Made by a program: the position numbers and the translations under genes | The notes under the pieces: model-generated | Seen by the model: the letters and a program-made list of their open reading frames with translations, nothing else | Database searches by the model: none | What the model was told of the DNA's origin: nothing | Shown here: piece by piece, positions 48,376-58,667 of the stretch | Layout: the number at the start of each line of letters is the position of its first letter | How positions within the stretch are numbered: the stretch's first letter is position 1 | Origin: an uncultured bacterium | Lineage (GTDB): Bacteria; Desulfobacterota; Deferrimicrobia; J040 | Assembly: GCA_964347065.1 (NCBI GenBank) | Contig: CAYFXN010000002.1 | Span: forward strand, 9,471-73,470 | Direction: 5' to 3' | DNA: 64,000 bases

Positions 48376-48924
48376 ATGAAGGTTGAATCAATCGATGTTG
48401 GCAAAAGAATCAAGAGCATCCGGAAACGCAAGGGGCTGACCCTGCAGGAACTCTCTGATAAGAGCGGAATGAGCGCGACGGCAATCAGCGCAATAGAGAG
48501 AAATGTATCTTCTCCTACGGTATCCACGCTTGTCAATATAGCGAGAGCCCTCGGTGAGTCACTCAGCTCGCTCCTCGGTGAAGAAGAGAAAGAATATATA
48601 TTCACCAAATTGGAAAACCGCGAAATAATCGCCACTGAAATAAAAGACGTGGAATTCAAGAGCCTCGGCAGCGGGCTACCGAATCAGAAATTTCACCCCA
48701 TGATCAGTATCTTGAAACCGGGAGCCACAAGTGGAGCCGACTATGTAAACCACGGCGGAGAGGATTTCTTCTTCGTCCTCAAAGGGGCCTTGGAAATCGA
48801 TATGGATGGGAAAATCTTTCGCCTCGAAGATGGGGACAGTATATATTTCAGGAGCACCGTCCCGCACAGGTGGAAAAATGCAGCTGAGGGGGAAACCCAC
48901 CTCTTGATCGTTTCTTCACGGTAG
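48376..48924 (+). CDS. XRE-family HTH transcriptional regulator with a C-terminal cupin domain
   Basis: HTH_3 motif 'KRKGLTLQELSDKSGMSATAISAIERN'; cupin 'GEDFFFVLKGALEI....GDSIYF....PHRW'. Confidence 0.8.
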   Translation: MKVESIDVGKRIKSIRKRKGLTLQELSDKSGMSATAISAIERNVSSPTVSTLVNIARALGESLSSLLGEEEKEYIFTKLENREIIATEIKDVEFKSLGSGLPNQKFHPMISILKPGATSGADYVNHGGEDFFFVLKGALEIDMDGKIFRLEDGDSIYFRSTVPHRWKNAAEGETHLLIVSSR

Positions 48925-48930
48925 ACGATG

Positions 48931-48963
48931 GGAGCCGCATTACATTTTCCCGCGGCTCTTTCC
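48931..48963. terminator. Hairpin (GAGCCGC-N13-GCGGCTC) followed by TTTCC, between convergent genes
   Basis: 7-bp perfect stem; short T-tract; convergent gene ends on both sides. Confidence 0.35.
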
Positions 48964-49033
48964 TACTATATCTATGGTTTCACTGTTCTTTCTATTTTGC
49001 GCCAACTTCTGTGCTGCCACGCCAGTCTTACCT

Positions 49034-50596
49034 TCACCCATCGGAGGGGGAGCTCCCCTTTTTCAACTCCTCCTTGATTTTCGCCTTGAGGATCTTCCCC
49101 TGGCTGTTTCTCGGCAGGAGATCCGTGTACTCGATAGAAACTGGTACTTTAAAGGAAGCCATGTTACCACCTGCAAATCGAAGTATATCGTCGCTTGTAA
49201 CAGAAACTCCTTTCTTGAGGACGACGATCGCCACGGGAACCTCGCCCCATTCGTAGTCCGGCTTCCCCACGACGGTCACCTCCAAGATGGCGCCGTGCTC
49301 CGACAGTACCTCTTCGATTTCATCCGGATCTATGGGAATACCTCCCCTGACGATGACATCTCTCCTCCTGTCGACCACGTAGATGTAACCATCCTCGTCG
49401 ATAGAAGCCATGTACCCGGTGTGGAGCCATCCATTTTTCAAAATCTCTTTCGTCAGATAGGGGTCATTGTGATACCCTTTCATAACCGTCGGACCCCAAA
49501 CAGCAAGTTCCCCCACCATGTTCGGACCGAGTTCCCTCCCACTCGAATCGATAACCTTGACGCTAATACCGATCGTTTCCTTGCCGATGGAAGCCATCCT
49601 CCTGACGAAAGGTGTGCCCTCCCCTCCCCTTTCCTCGTTTATGTGGAGAAAACTGATAACACCGGAGGACTCTACCTGCGCAAAAGACTGCGTGAAATCG
49701 CACCTGAAAATGGCCATCGCCTCTTCCACGAGGAAGGGGCTCACCGGCACGACGCCGCTGTACGATATCTTTTTCAATGAAGAGAGATCGTGTCTTCCTC
49801 TTTTTGCCTCGGCGACTAGTTGCGACATCATCTGAGGAACGAGGAGGAGCTGCGTCACGCCCTGCTCTTCTATGAGCCTGAGGGCCAGTTTTGGTTCGAA
49901 ATTCCGCATGATCACCACCTTGGCTCCGGGCAGCATAAACTTCAACATCCTGCCCGTGCCGGCGAGAAAGGGGAGCGGTGCGGTGGAGAGATACACATCC
50001 CTCCGGGAAATATTCATTTCCAGGGCAGAGAAATAGGAAGCGCACATCAGGTTACCATGGGTCAACATAGCCCCCTTCGGGTTCTTGCCGACAGAACCGG
50101 CATATGAGATCATTGCCACATCGTTCTCATCCGGCATGTCGCTTTTTTCACCGTCACCGTGCCCTTCGCCGATGACTGCGGCAAGAGGAGGGAATCCCGG
50201 AACTTCCCCGTCTATCGAGACGATCTTTTCCAGGTACGGGCATGACTGCTTTATCTTCTCCGCCGAATCTGCAAACTTTCTTTCGAAGAGAAGGATTCTG
50301 GGCTCGAGGTCATCGATGATCCTCATCAGCTCAGGGGCCATGAGCAGAAAATTGAGTGGAGATATAGGAGCCCCTATCGCTGCGAGGGCGAAGAGTATCT
50401 CAACGTATCTCGGGGAGTTGTGGGCGAGAACGGAAACGGGTTCTCCCTTACGGATTCCCATCTCACGAAAGAGGGCAGACAGATACGACACCCGCTTTTC
50501 AAGCTGCCGGAAGGTAAGCACCTCCTCATCGCATACAATTGCTTCTCTCTCGGGAAATACACGGGCATTGTGTTCAAGGATATCGCTGATTAGCAC
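49034..50596 (-). CDS. AMP-dependent acyl-CoA synthetase/ligase
   Basis: 'ISYAGSVGKNPKGAMLTH' AMP-binding motif and 'GYMASIDEDGYIYVVDRRRD' hinge. Confidence 0.8.
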   Translation of the reverse strand: MLISDILEHNARVFPEREAIVCDEEVLTFRQLEKRVSYLSALFREMGIRKGEPVSVLAHNSPRYVEILFALAAIGAPISPLNFLLMAPELMRIIDDLEPRILLFERKFADSAEKIKQSCPYLEKIVSIDGEVPGFPPLAAVIGEGHGDGEKSDMPDENDVAMISYAGSVGKNPKGAMLTHGNLMCASYFSALEMNISRRDVYLSTAPLPFLAGTGRMLKFMLPGAKVVIMRNFEPKLALRLIEEQGVTQLLLVPQMMSQLVAEAKRGRHDLSSLKKISYSGVVPVSPFLVEEAMAIFRCDFTQSFAQVESSGVISFLHINEERGGEGTPFVRRMASIGKETIGISVKVIDSSGRELGPNMVGELAVWGPTVMKGYHNDPYLTKEILKNGWLHTGYMASIDEDGYIYVVDRRRDVIVRGGIPIDPDEIEEVLSEHGAILEVTVVGKPDYEWGEVPVAIVVLKKGVSVTSDDILRFAGGNMASFKVPVSIEYTDLLPRNSQGKILKAKIKEELKKGSSPSDG

Positions 50597-50674
50597 CGTT
50601 CGTTCCTTTCCTCCCCCGTATAAGAAAAGTTATACTATGCAGGGAGAATAATCAAGGCATTTGGAGAGAGCCGA

Positions 50675-50947
50675 ATGGATGATAGATACGATATCTACCC
50701 GTTTCTCCACGGCGGAAAGATCTACAATCTGATTACAGCAATCGACCTGACCTTTGCGGAAGTACGGTTGCTGATCGATCATCTGGAGAAACTTCAGGCA
50801 TTTTCCATTACCGAAGAGGATGAATTCATGGGTCCGGGAAAACTCTTTTCCATCGAGCTGAACGATATCGTATATGAGGTTGATGTTCTGGGTTACGAAA
50901 TTGCCATTTACTCGAGAGAGGATCGCTCCGATGAATTAACGGAGTAA
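50675..50947 (+). CDS. Hypothetical small acidic protein
   Basis: GGAGAGAG RBS before the ATG; no motif recognised. Confidence 0.4.
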   Translation: MDDRYDIYPFLHGGKIYNLITAIDLTFAEVRLLIDHLEKLQAFSITEEDEFMGPGKLFSIELNDIVYEVDVLGYEIAIYSREDRSDELTE

Positions 50948-51012
50948 ATCTGTCGGCGAAGGCCCCTTCGTTTTCACTTATTGCCAGCACTTCTTCTTCA
51001 AAACCAAATCAA

Positions 51013-51591
51013 TTACCGGTTCTTCTCCTCATGGAAAATCTCCGCCTCAAAGAAAAATATTTCGGCCCCCTCTCTCCACTCATTGGGTGAAAGTCCCGCT
51101 TTGACACAGGTCTGAGAGAGAAAAGCTTCCCTGTCCCACCCGTTGCTGACAGCCACCTGAGGAAGCAACAATCCCCTTTGTGCCCCCCTGGAAACCATTA
51201 AACCGTGCCTTCCTACCTGAATGCTGGCAACGTCCTCCACCTTCCTCAGGGGAGTGAGGACGGATATCTCCAGATCGATGTTTTCAATCTCGTTAGGGGA
51301 GAGCGGAGGAAACCGGGGATCTTCCGTTGCGGCGGAAACCGCACATTCTATGACAGTCCGAAACAGGGGGTAGACCGCCTTCGTGTTCCCGATACACCCC
51401 CTCAATTTCCCTCCAATCTCTATTGTCACGAAAGCCGCCCCCGGGGTATTCAGTTTCTCGCTTTTGACCTGGAAGGCGGGCATCTTGCCCCTGCCGACAT
51501 ATTCTTCAATCGTTTTTCTCGCAATATTCAGCAACTCCCTCCTCTCTTCGTCGCTTAAATATTCGGGTCCCGAAAGTTCCACTTTTTTCAT
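51013..51591 (-). CDS. AMMECR1-domain protein
   Basis: 'GAAFVTIEIGGKLRGCIG' AMMECR1 signature with conserved Cys. Confidence 0.8.
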   Translation of the reverse strand: MKKVELSGPEYLSDEERRELLNIARKTIEEYVGRGKMPAFQVKSEKLNTPGAAFVTIEIGGKLRGCIGNTKAVYPLFRTVIECAVSAATEDPRFPPLSPNEIENIDLEISVLTPLRKVEDVASIQVGRHGLMVSRGAQRGLLLPQVAVSNGWDREAFLSQTCVKAGLSPNEWREGAEIFFFEAEIFHEEKNR

Positions 51592-51900
51592 TTCCCCCCT
51601 CCTCTCATGGAGGTAGCTTTTCCCGGCTCTCGGGGTTATACGCCCCAGCCCCTGGGGTCCTCCTTGTGGAGATTGGCGAGATCGATGTGGGGGAGGAAAA
51701 GAAGGAGTGTCCCGAATATCTTGCCGACCCCCGACATGTAGGGCCTCCGGGGAGGAAATTCCCCGTTGGGCAAAGCGCTAGTATATTATATATTTTCAAA
51801 AGGCCCTTGCATACTTCCGAGAACCTTTCATCCGGAGACCATGGGCAAACGGCGCGGAGGCCAGGCCACTTTCTGGTCGCCGTCCGAGGGAGGAATAAAA

Positions 51901-52512
51901 ATGAGATCTATCGTGCGGGTTGCTGTATTCATCTGCATATGGATTACGGCCTTCTACGTTGGAGTTTCCTCTGCCTCATCAAACAGGTTTTTCGACTTCA
52001 ATTCGGGGAGGAACACGGCGGGATTCTTCACTTCATTCACAGATGATTTTTCCTATTTTTTCGGCCAGGTGAGGACCAAGCCGGCAGGGGCCTTCGAGGT
52101 GGGCCTCAAAGGTGGCGTGGTGGAGATACAAAAGGATGGCATCGACGCCACGGGGACGTACCTGGGACTAGACGGCAACTTTATCCTCGCCCGTATCGAG
52201 GGCAGTTTCCCCTACGATCTCTACCTCACCTTCGGATTCTCGAGCATATTGAAATCGAGGCGGGCCCTCAACGAGTTTTTCCTGGGACCCGTGGCCGAAA
52301 AAACCCTCACAGCCGCTGCTGCTCTCACGATTAGGGGCAACCTGGGAGCCGAAATAAGCGGAAGCGGGGGCTCGCTGACCGACGACGACGAGTTCGACTT
52401 GTTCGTCGTGGCAGGGCTGAACTTCAACATCGGGAACGAGGTAAACCTACTCATGGAGCTGAAAGCCGGAACGGATATTGCGGCGGGAATCGGGATCAAC
52501 TTCGAGTTCTGA
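51901..52512 (+). CDS. Putative outer-membrane beta-barrel protein (hypothetical)
   Basis: Signal peptide 'VAVFICIWITAFYVGVSSA'; alternating hydrophobic beta-strand pattern; C-terminal Phe ('GINFEF'); GGGAGG RBS. Confidence 0.5.
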   Translation: MRSIVRVAVFICIWITAFYVGVSSASSNRFFDFNSGRNTAGFFTSFTDDFSYFFGQVRTKPAGAFEVGLKGGVVEIQKDGIDATGTYLGLDGNFILARIEGSFPYDLYLTFGFSSILKSRRALNEFFLGPVAEKTLTAAAALTIRGNLGAEISGSGGSLTDDDEFDLFVVAGLNFNIGNEVNLLMELKAGTDIAAGIGINFEF

Positions 52513-52572
52513 TCTCCGGCGGGAGGAAGGATTGCCCCCCCGAAAAGACCCTGGCGAGGGAGAAGATAGCCA

Positions 52573-53487
52573 TTGGATGCGCATCTTGGGAGCATAACCG
52601 GAAAAATATTGTCCGTCGTGATTCCCGTCTTTTCCGTCGTCGGCACCGGTTACCTCTTTGCACGGTGGAAAAAAAGCCGGGACATTCATTTCGTTACGGA
52701 TTACATAACCTATGTGGCCGCTCCTCTCCTGGTGTTTTACTCACTTACCGACAGAACCCTCGTATTTGAAAATTTTTCCCTGATCTTCGCTGCTTCCCTC
52801 TTCGTGGCCATCGCCGGGGTCGCAATCTCCCTTATGCTCTCCCGTAAAATTGCAGGGGGTAGCCCTGCGGCAACGCTGACGATGGCATTTATGAACTCGG
52901 GAAACATGGGGCTGCCCGTGTGCTACTTCGCCTTCGGCAGAAAAGGACTCGCTGTGGCTACCATCTTTTTTGTCACCATGTCCATCGTCCACTACACGGT
53001 GGGTACCGTTATAGCAAGCGGAAGGGGGAAGATGAGGGACGCGTTGCTCTTGCCCCTGGCTCCAGCAGCTCTTCTCGGCATCATCATAAACCGGCTGAAC
53101 GTTTCCCTCCCGGCCTTGATAGAGCACCCGGTGAAGCTGTTAGCAGACTCTGCTATTCCTCTTATGCTCTTCTCCCTCGGCGTCCGTCTCTGGAAGATAG
53201 AACACAGTGACGCCAAGCTCTCTTACGCACTTGCCGGTTCCCGTTTTTTGATCGGGGTCCTGTCCGGATTCAGCGCCGTGGTGATCTTCGATCTTGGAGA
53301 AATCCCCGCATACGTGGTCATACTCCAGTCAAGCATGCCGCCGGCAGTCTTCAATTTCATACTTTGCGAAAAATTCGGGACGAAACCTGAGCTGGCCGCC
53401 TCAACGATTCTGGCGGGGACCCTTCTGTCCCTCGTCACCATCCCCCTTCTGCTCTTTCTTATTTACCTTTACTCTCCGCTTCCATAG
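52573..53487 (+). CDS. AEC-family (auxin efflux carrier-type) transporter
   Basis: About 10 TM segments; N-terminus 'ILSVVIPVFSVVGTGYLFAR' is typical of AEC/malate-permease-like transporters. Confidence 0.75.
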   Translation: MDAHLGSITGKILSVVIPVFSVVGTGYLFARWKKSRDIHFVTDYITYVAAPLLVFYSLTDRTLVFENFSLIFAASLFVAIAGVAISLMLSRKIAGGSPAATLTMAFMNSGNMGLPVCYFAFGRKGLAVATIFFVTMSIVHYTVGTVIASGRGKMRDALLLPLAPAALLGIIINRLNVSLPALIEHPVKLLADSAIPLMLFSLGVRLWKIEHSDAKLSYALAGSRFLIGVLSGFSAVVIFDLGEIPAYVVILQSSMPPAVFNFILCEKFGTKPELAASTILAGTLLSLVTIPLLLFLIYLYSPLP

Positions 53488-54589
53488 ATCCGGAGGGCTG
53501 GGAAATGTGGTCGGGAAGCTCGATATGGGGCTGGATAGCCATGAATTTGCTGGCAAGGTCGGGATCGAACTGCGAACCGGCGAACTTATCTATCTCCTCG
53601 ACTGCCTGCTGGGGGGAGAGGGCACCCCTGTAGGCTCTGTTCGAAGTCATTGCGTCGTAGGTGTCGGCAATAGCAAGTATTCTCGCTTCGATGGGAATTT
53701 TTGCTCCCTGGAGGCCCGATGGGTACCCCTTACCGTCAAACCTCTCGTGGTGGTGCATGATAACGGGAAAAACGCCCTTCAACGACTCTATCGGCTCGAG
53801 AATCTGAACTCCCATGGAGGGGTGTTTTTTTACGATTACAAATTCCTCATTTTCCAGCCTGCCCGGCTTGTTCAATATCGTCTCGGGAATTCCGATTTTT
53901 CCCAGGTCATGGAGTATCCCGGCAGATCTCAGTTTCTCCATATCGACGGACTTTCCGAGCCCCTTGGCCAGCTCCAGGGAGTAAAAGGTTACCCGTTCCG
54001 AGTGGCCTCTCGTATAGCTGTCCTTTGCCTCGAGAGCCTTGACGAGAGACTGAATGGATCGGAGATAAAAGTCGTTTATGATCATCGTCTGCTCGAAAAC
54101 TTTTTTCTCCAGGTTGTCCTGATAATCTATCAACGCCTTTTCCATCATCTTCTTCTTCATCGCAGATTCTAATGTATGGAGGAGAACCCTGAAGTTTATG
54201 GGCTTGAAGATATAATCGGAAGCCCCGAGTTTCATGGCATATACGGCGGTTTCGAGATCCCCCTGCCCGGACATAACGACGGTGGCGAGATCCCGGTTGT
54301 CGGCGAGCTTTTTCAGGAGCTGGAGGCCGTTTAGCACCGGCATGTTCAAATCCGTCAGGAGAAGGTCGTAGCCGTTTGCCTTGATTTTCTGAAGCGCCTG
54401 CTCCCCATTCTCAGCAGCTTCCACCGTGTACCCCTCGAGTTTGAGCCTCTCGGTGACGAGCTCCCGCATCATCTCCTCGTCATCAACGACGAGAACAGTA
54501 ACTTTCGATGGGACGACCTCGAAGGGCAAAAAACTCCGGGAGTTCTTCTCACCATCAAATTTTGGAAGTCTCTCTTTCGAACCGATCAA
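53459..54589 (-). CDS. Response regulator with HD-GYP phosphodiesterase output domain
   Basis: REC domain ('VLVVDDEEMM', 'DLLLTDLNMP'); HD-GYP motifs ('HSERVTFYS', 'HDLGKIGIPE', 'HHERFDGKGYP'). Confidence 0.85.
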   Translation of the reverse strand: MIGSKERLPKFDGEKNSRSFLPFEVVPSKVTVLVVDDEEMMRELVTERLKLEGYTVEAAENGEQALQKIKANGYDLLLTDLNMPVLNGLQLLKKLADNRDLATVVMSGQGDLETAVYAMKLGASDYIFKPINFRVLLHTLESAMKKKMMEKALIDYQDNLEKKVFEQTMIINDFYLRSIQSLVKALEAKDSYTRGHSERVTFYSLELAKGLGKSVDMEKLRSAGILHDLGKIGIPETILNKPGRLENEEFVIVKKHPSMGVQILEPIESLKGVFPVIMHHHERFDGKGYPSGLQGAKIPIEARILAIADTYDAMTSNRAYRGALSPQQAVEEIDKFAGSQFDPDLASKFMAIQPHIELPDHISQPSGSMEAESKGK

Positions 54590-54652
54590 TTATCATCCCC
54601 TTCCATGCATCATCGTTGCAAAACGGAGGAAAGTGCTCCCGCACGCCGGTTA

Positions 54653-55699
54653 TCAGACATTAAACCGGACCGTAACGATGTCACCGTCTCTCACGATGTA
54701 ATCCTTTCCTTCAAGCCGCACTTTCCCCGCTCCCTTAGCTTTTGCCATGTCGTCAAACTGGATGAAATCCTCAAAGGGTATCACCTCGGCCTTGATAAAA
54801 CCGCGTTCCATGTCGCTGTGGACCTTACCGGCAGCTTCACGGGCAGTGGACCCCTCTCGTATCCCCCATGCCCGCACCTCGTTGGGGTTGACCGTCAGGA
54901 AAGTTGCCAGGTTGAGCAGCCGATTTGATGCCGCATAAATGGTTTCCCCCACAGATCTATCGATACCGACTTCACGCATAAACAATTCCCGATCTTCCGG
55001 GTCAAGGCTCATGATTTCCTCTACGAGCTTTGCACAGACCACCACGGCTTCGACCCTGCGCTCTTGAATTGTTTCAACCACTTTTTTTACCGAGTTGCTC
55101 TGCGCGTCATCTTCGCTCACGTTTACCACAGCTATAATCGGAATATCACTCAATAAACTAAAGCCGGAGATCATTTTTTTTTCTTCTGCCCGCAGTTCCA
55201 TGTCCCGCATCGGCACTCCTGATTCGAGGCTTGATGCCACCTCCTCCATGAGTTGAAGTTCACGGGGCTTTTTCCCCTCTTTAACGAGCCGCTCGAGCCT
55301 CTTCTGTATCACCAGATAATCGGCCAGGCCAAGATCGATTTCGATCTGTCGAAATAGTTCATATGCAGTTTCCCCGCCGGATGAGACCCCTTCCACCCCC
55401 GATAGGAAGAGGGGTATCACGAGGAGCAACAGGTCACAATCCCGTAAAAGAGGGATATTCAGGGAGTCTATGAGTCCGGCACCCCCCGGGGGAATCTCAA
55501 CGAGCGTTATGGTCCGGTAGACCTTCTTTTTGACCTTGAAAACCCCGGCGAGATGATCCACGCGCGGATCGGGAACGTTCACCACGAACAGGCCCTTTTT
55601 CCCCTTCGATTCGTCTATGCCGTAACCAAACTCGGCAACCATGATTCGAAGGAGCGTGCTCTTCCCGGAGCGGGGAGCACCGAATATACCTATCTGCAT
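54653..55699 (-). CDS. ychF: Ribosome-binding ATPase YchF (Obg-like ATPase)
   Basis: P-loop 'GAPRSGKST'; C-terminal TGS/YchF tail 'VRAWGIREGSTAREAAGKVHSDMERGFIKAEVI...GKDYIVRDGDIVTVRFNV' closely parallels the canonical YchF C-terminus. Confidence 0.8.
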   Translation of the reverse strand: MQIGIFGAPRSGKSTLLRIMVAEFGYGIDESKGKKGLFVVNVPDPRVDHLAGVFKVKKKVYRTITLVEIPPGGAGLIDSLNIPLLRDCDLLLLVIPLFLSGVEGVSSGGETAYELFRQIEIDLGLADYLVIQKRLERLVKEGKKPRELQLMEEVASSLESGVPMRDMELRAEEKKMISGFSLLSDIPIIAVVNVSEDDAQSNSVKKVVETIQERRVEAVVVCAKLVEEIMSLDPEDRELFMREVGIDRSVGETIYAASNRLLNLATFLTVNPNEVRAWGIREGSTAREAAGKVHSDMERGFIKAEVIPFEDFIQFDDMAKAKGAGKVRLEGKDYIVRDGDIVTVRFNV

Positions 55700-55740
55700 A
55701 CCACCCCCCTGATATGTTTTACGAAATCTATTCGTCTGTT

Positions 55741-56577
55741 CTATTCTTCTATAGTGATTCCCTGAAAGAGATCGGTCTCAAGAGACTCCGGTGGCTTCAC
55801 CTCCGCTGCATCCGCAAGTATGTAATACTCCTTCTTCGTAAACTCCCGGTAATTGGGTCTCGAAAGTATCCTGTTTATATCCTTGATCTGGGTCCTGTGG
55901 CAGGAGAAAGCCTCTATCTTTTTCTCCACGTACGCAGCGGTGTCTATCACTGTGGTGATATCTTCCAGAGGGACCCCGCGGAGCTCGATATTCCGCATTT
56001 TTAGAAATTTCTCCGGAATTTCGAAGTGGTACAGTTTCATCGCCTGCCATGGTCGAAGTTTTCCGTTTTCCCGATGCTGGGGACAGAAATCGGCCTCCGC
56101 CGATTTCCTGAAGCAGAGGGTCGATATCTCCGAAATCTTCACATGATCGGGGTGGCCCGAAACTCCCGTGGGGCCGAAACTTATGATGACGTGAGGCCGG
56201 TATTTTCTGATCGCGTAAACGGTCCGCTCGAGAATCGATTGAAGCGGCGTATCAACCAGCTTCCCATCGATGAACCCCATGAAGAAAACCTCTTTGATTC
56301 CCAGGGTCCGGGCAGCACATTCAAGCTCCGCCGCCCTCACCTCTCCCACATTTTCCCGGGTGGCAACGGGAGGGTCACCCAGCATCCCTGCTTCCCCCTT
56401 CGTCGCTGTGGCGAGAAACACCTCATACCCCAAATCAGCGTATTTGGCAATGGTTCCCCCAGGCCCGAAGGTCTCATCGTCGGGGTGGGCGAGGATGCAC
56501 AATATTCTTCCCCTGGACACTTTTTTCTCCCCGCCGTGATATCTCCCGAAACCATTCAAATTTCCCATATTCTTCAC
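55741..56577 (-). CDS. PIG-L/LmbE-family N-acetylglucosaminyl deacetylase
   Basis: 'ILAHPDDE' Zn-binding motif and 'GHPDH' motif. Confidence 0.8.
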   Translation of the reverse strand: MKNMGNLNGFGRYHGGEKKVSRGRILCILAHPDDETFGPGGTIAKYADLGYEVFLATATKGEAGMLGDPPVATRENVGEVRAAELECAARTLGIKEVFFMGFIDGKLVDTPLQSILERTVYAIRKYRPHVIISFGPTGVSGHPDHVKISEISTLCFRKSAEADFCPQHRENGKLRPWQAMKLYHFEIPEKFLKMRNIELRGVPLEDITTVIDTAAYVEKKIEAFSCHRTQIKDINRILSRPNYREFTKKEYYILADAAEVKPPESLETDLFQGITIEE

Positions 56578-56693
56578 CCTTTTCCATAAAATTATTATAT
56601 TCCCAACACCTGAAGGCCGACAGGTAAATATTGGTGTAATAAAATCCGATTATTCTTATACTAATGTGATGAACGATCGGGCATAAAAGGGTC

Positions 56694-57842
56694 ATGAAAA
56701 AAACAGCGTTAATACTCAGCGGAGGGGGGATAACGGGCGGTATATACGAACTGGGAGCGCTTGCCGCGCTCAACGACATAATCGCGGGAGGAAAGAGGCC
56801 GACGGACTTCGATATCTACATCGGGATATCGGCCGGCTCCATCCTCGCCGCCATGCTCGCAAACGGTATCACACCGATGCTGATGTACCGGTCCATTCTG
56901 GGGCCCATGAACAACCCACTTTTCATGAGGCAGGAGGATCTCTATTCCTTTCCCTTTCACGAATATCTCAAGGGATTGGGTACATTTATTTTGTCCCTTC
57001 GAAAGATTTTTCAGGCAATAAAGGAAGATCAGAGGAAAATAAGTTTTGTGAGCCTTCTCTCCGCCCTTGAATCGTGCGTGCCGGCTGGTATCTATTCGAA
57101 TAAAAACCTGGAATCGTACATGGAAAGACTTCTGTCTCTGCCGGGAAACACCACCGATTTCAATGAGCTGAAAAAGGAGCTTTACATCGTCGCAGTGGAG
57201 CTCGATAGGGGCGAGAGGTGGGTTTTCGGCGAGGATGGGAAAAAGGATGTCTCGATCCCCGCGGCAGTTCGTGCATCGACGGCCATACCCGGGTTTTTCT
57301 CCCCCCCCCTGATCAACGGCCACTACTTCATCGACGGCGCTGCGGAGAGATCCGGCCACATTGACGTTGCCATAAAGCATGGTGCCGACCTCATCATAAT
57401 CATCAACCCCGTCGTTCCCATATACAACGACAAAACGATCGTCTGCATCCCCACCTTTACCGGATACTGCAAATCGATAGCAGAATCGGGCATATCGAAC
57501 GTTACGGAGCAGTCGTCCCGGATAAACAGCAGGGTCAAGCTCGACCTGGGCCTCTCCCTCCTTTCCCGGTCGCACCCCGAGGTGGATATCATGCTCATCG
57601 AGCCAGGCCAACTGGAGTCAACCCTCTTTCTCTACGGGAGCATGAACTATTCCGAGAGGATTCAGATACTCAACTACGGTTACAATTCCGTATCGGTATT
57701 TTTCCTCGAACACTATGACAAGCTGGAAACATGCTTCAGGAAGCACGACTTCCACATCTCCCTTTCCAACCTGAAAATAGACAAATTCCTCTACTATGCC
57801 ACGAAGGTGAAAACCAGAAAGAGGTTTTCCCTGAATCTATGA
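56694..57842 (+). CDS. Patatin-like phospholipase
   Basis: 'LSGGGITGG' oxyanion motif, 'GISAGS' GxSxG nucleophile elbow and 'DGA' catalytic Asp. Confidence 0.85.
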   Translation: MKKTALILSGGGITGGIYELGALAALNDIIAGGKRPTDFDIYIGISAGSILAAMLANGITPMLMYRSILGPMNNPLFMRQEDLYSFPFHEYLKGLGTFILSLRKIFQAIKEDQRKISFVSLLSALESCVPAGIYSNKNLESYMERLLSLPGNTTDFNELKKELYIVAVELDRGERWVFGEDGKKDVSIPAAVRASTAIPGFFSPPLINGHYFIDGAAERSGHIDVAIKHGADLIIIINPVVPIYNDKTIVCIPTFTGYCKSIAESGISNVTEQSSRINSRVKLDLGLSLLSRSHPEVDIMLIEPGQLESTLFLYGSMNYSERIQILNYGYNSVSVFFLEHYDKLETCFRKHDFHISLSNLKIDKFLYYATKVKTRKRFSLNL

Positions 57843-57965
57843 CGTGCCCATTTTTTATGCATGTTGAAAAAAGTGTGCCCCCGGTGTTATCTTTTCATAT
57901 ACACCCACAACATTATTCACAGAATATTTAACATCTTCTGTGAATGCCTGAAGAGGAGGCCCGCC

Positions 57966-58667
57966 ATGAAGGAAAGAGCAAGTTTCTTGAAATTTCTCGA
58001 GGTGCTCGTGAACGAGGACGAGAGGACCCGGGTCTTCAAAGAGTTTGTCGAACACAAGACCTATTATTCCGTATTCCTGGAAAAAATCAGTATCCCGGGG
58101 ATAACGGATTCCTTTGAGATCCACAACATTAAATTGACCTCCCCCGACAAAAAGGTCCGCATCAACGCGGAAACATTGAAATTGACCTCCACCCAGCTAT
58201 CATCCCTGATCGCCGCGGGAAAAATCATCCTGAACTCCACGAGCGAGATCCCTATAGAAAACGTGGAGGGACACGGCGTCTTCGTGTCCCTGGGACCAGA
58301 AGACAAACCCGTCTTTGAGTGCTTCTCGCCGAGAGCGATCTTCAGGGGTATCGAGTTCAAGATCAAGTATGACACCGCCACCGGCGAACCCGAGTTCACC
58401 GGCACACTTTCGTCCAAGGAAATAGCCACGGAAATATCTGCGCACTTTGGAGGCGTGGAAGTACCGACCGTTGCGGGCGATGCCGACCTGACCTTCAATC
58501 TCAAGACCCTCACGGGAAAGGCAGACATACGAATTTCCGGAAAGAAGGAAATCAAAAACGCAGAGGAAAAGAGGGCCCACAAAGAGAGGAAAAAGGAGCA
58601 GGTATCGATGGATGACATGTCGCTCACCCTCTCCTTCGAGTTCACCCTCTTTCCCTATTCAGTCTGA
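57966..58667 (+). CDS. Hypothetical protein
   Basis: ORF with a charged C-terminal tail; no motif recognised; its 3' end overlaps the convergent kinase gene. Confidence 0.4.
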   Translation: MKERASFLKFLEVLVNEDERTRVFKEFVEHKTYYSVFLEKISIPGITDSFEIHNIKLTSPDKKVRINAETLKLTSTQLSSLIAAGKIILNSTSEIPIENVEGHGVFVSLGPEDKPVFECFSPRAIFRGIEFKIKYDTATGEPEFTGTLSSKEIATEISAHFGGVEVPTVAGDADLTFNLKTLTGKADIRISGKKEIKNAEEKRAHKERKKEQVSMDDMSLTLSFEFTLFPYSV

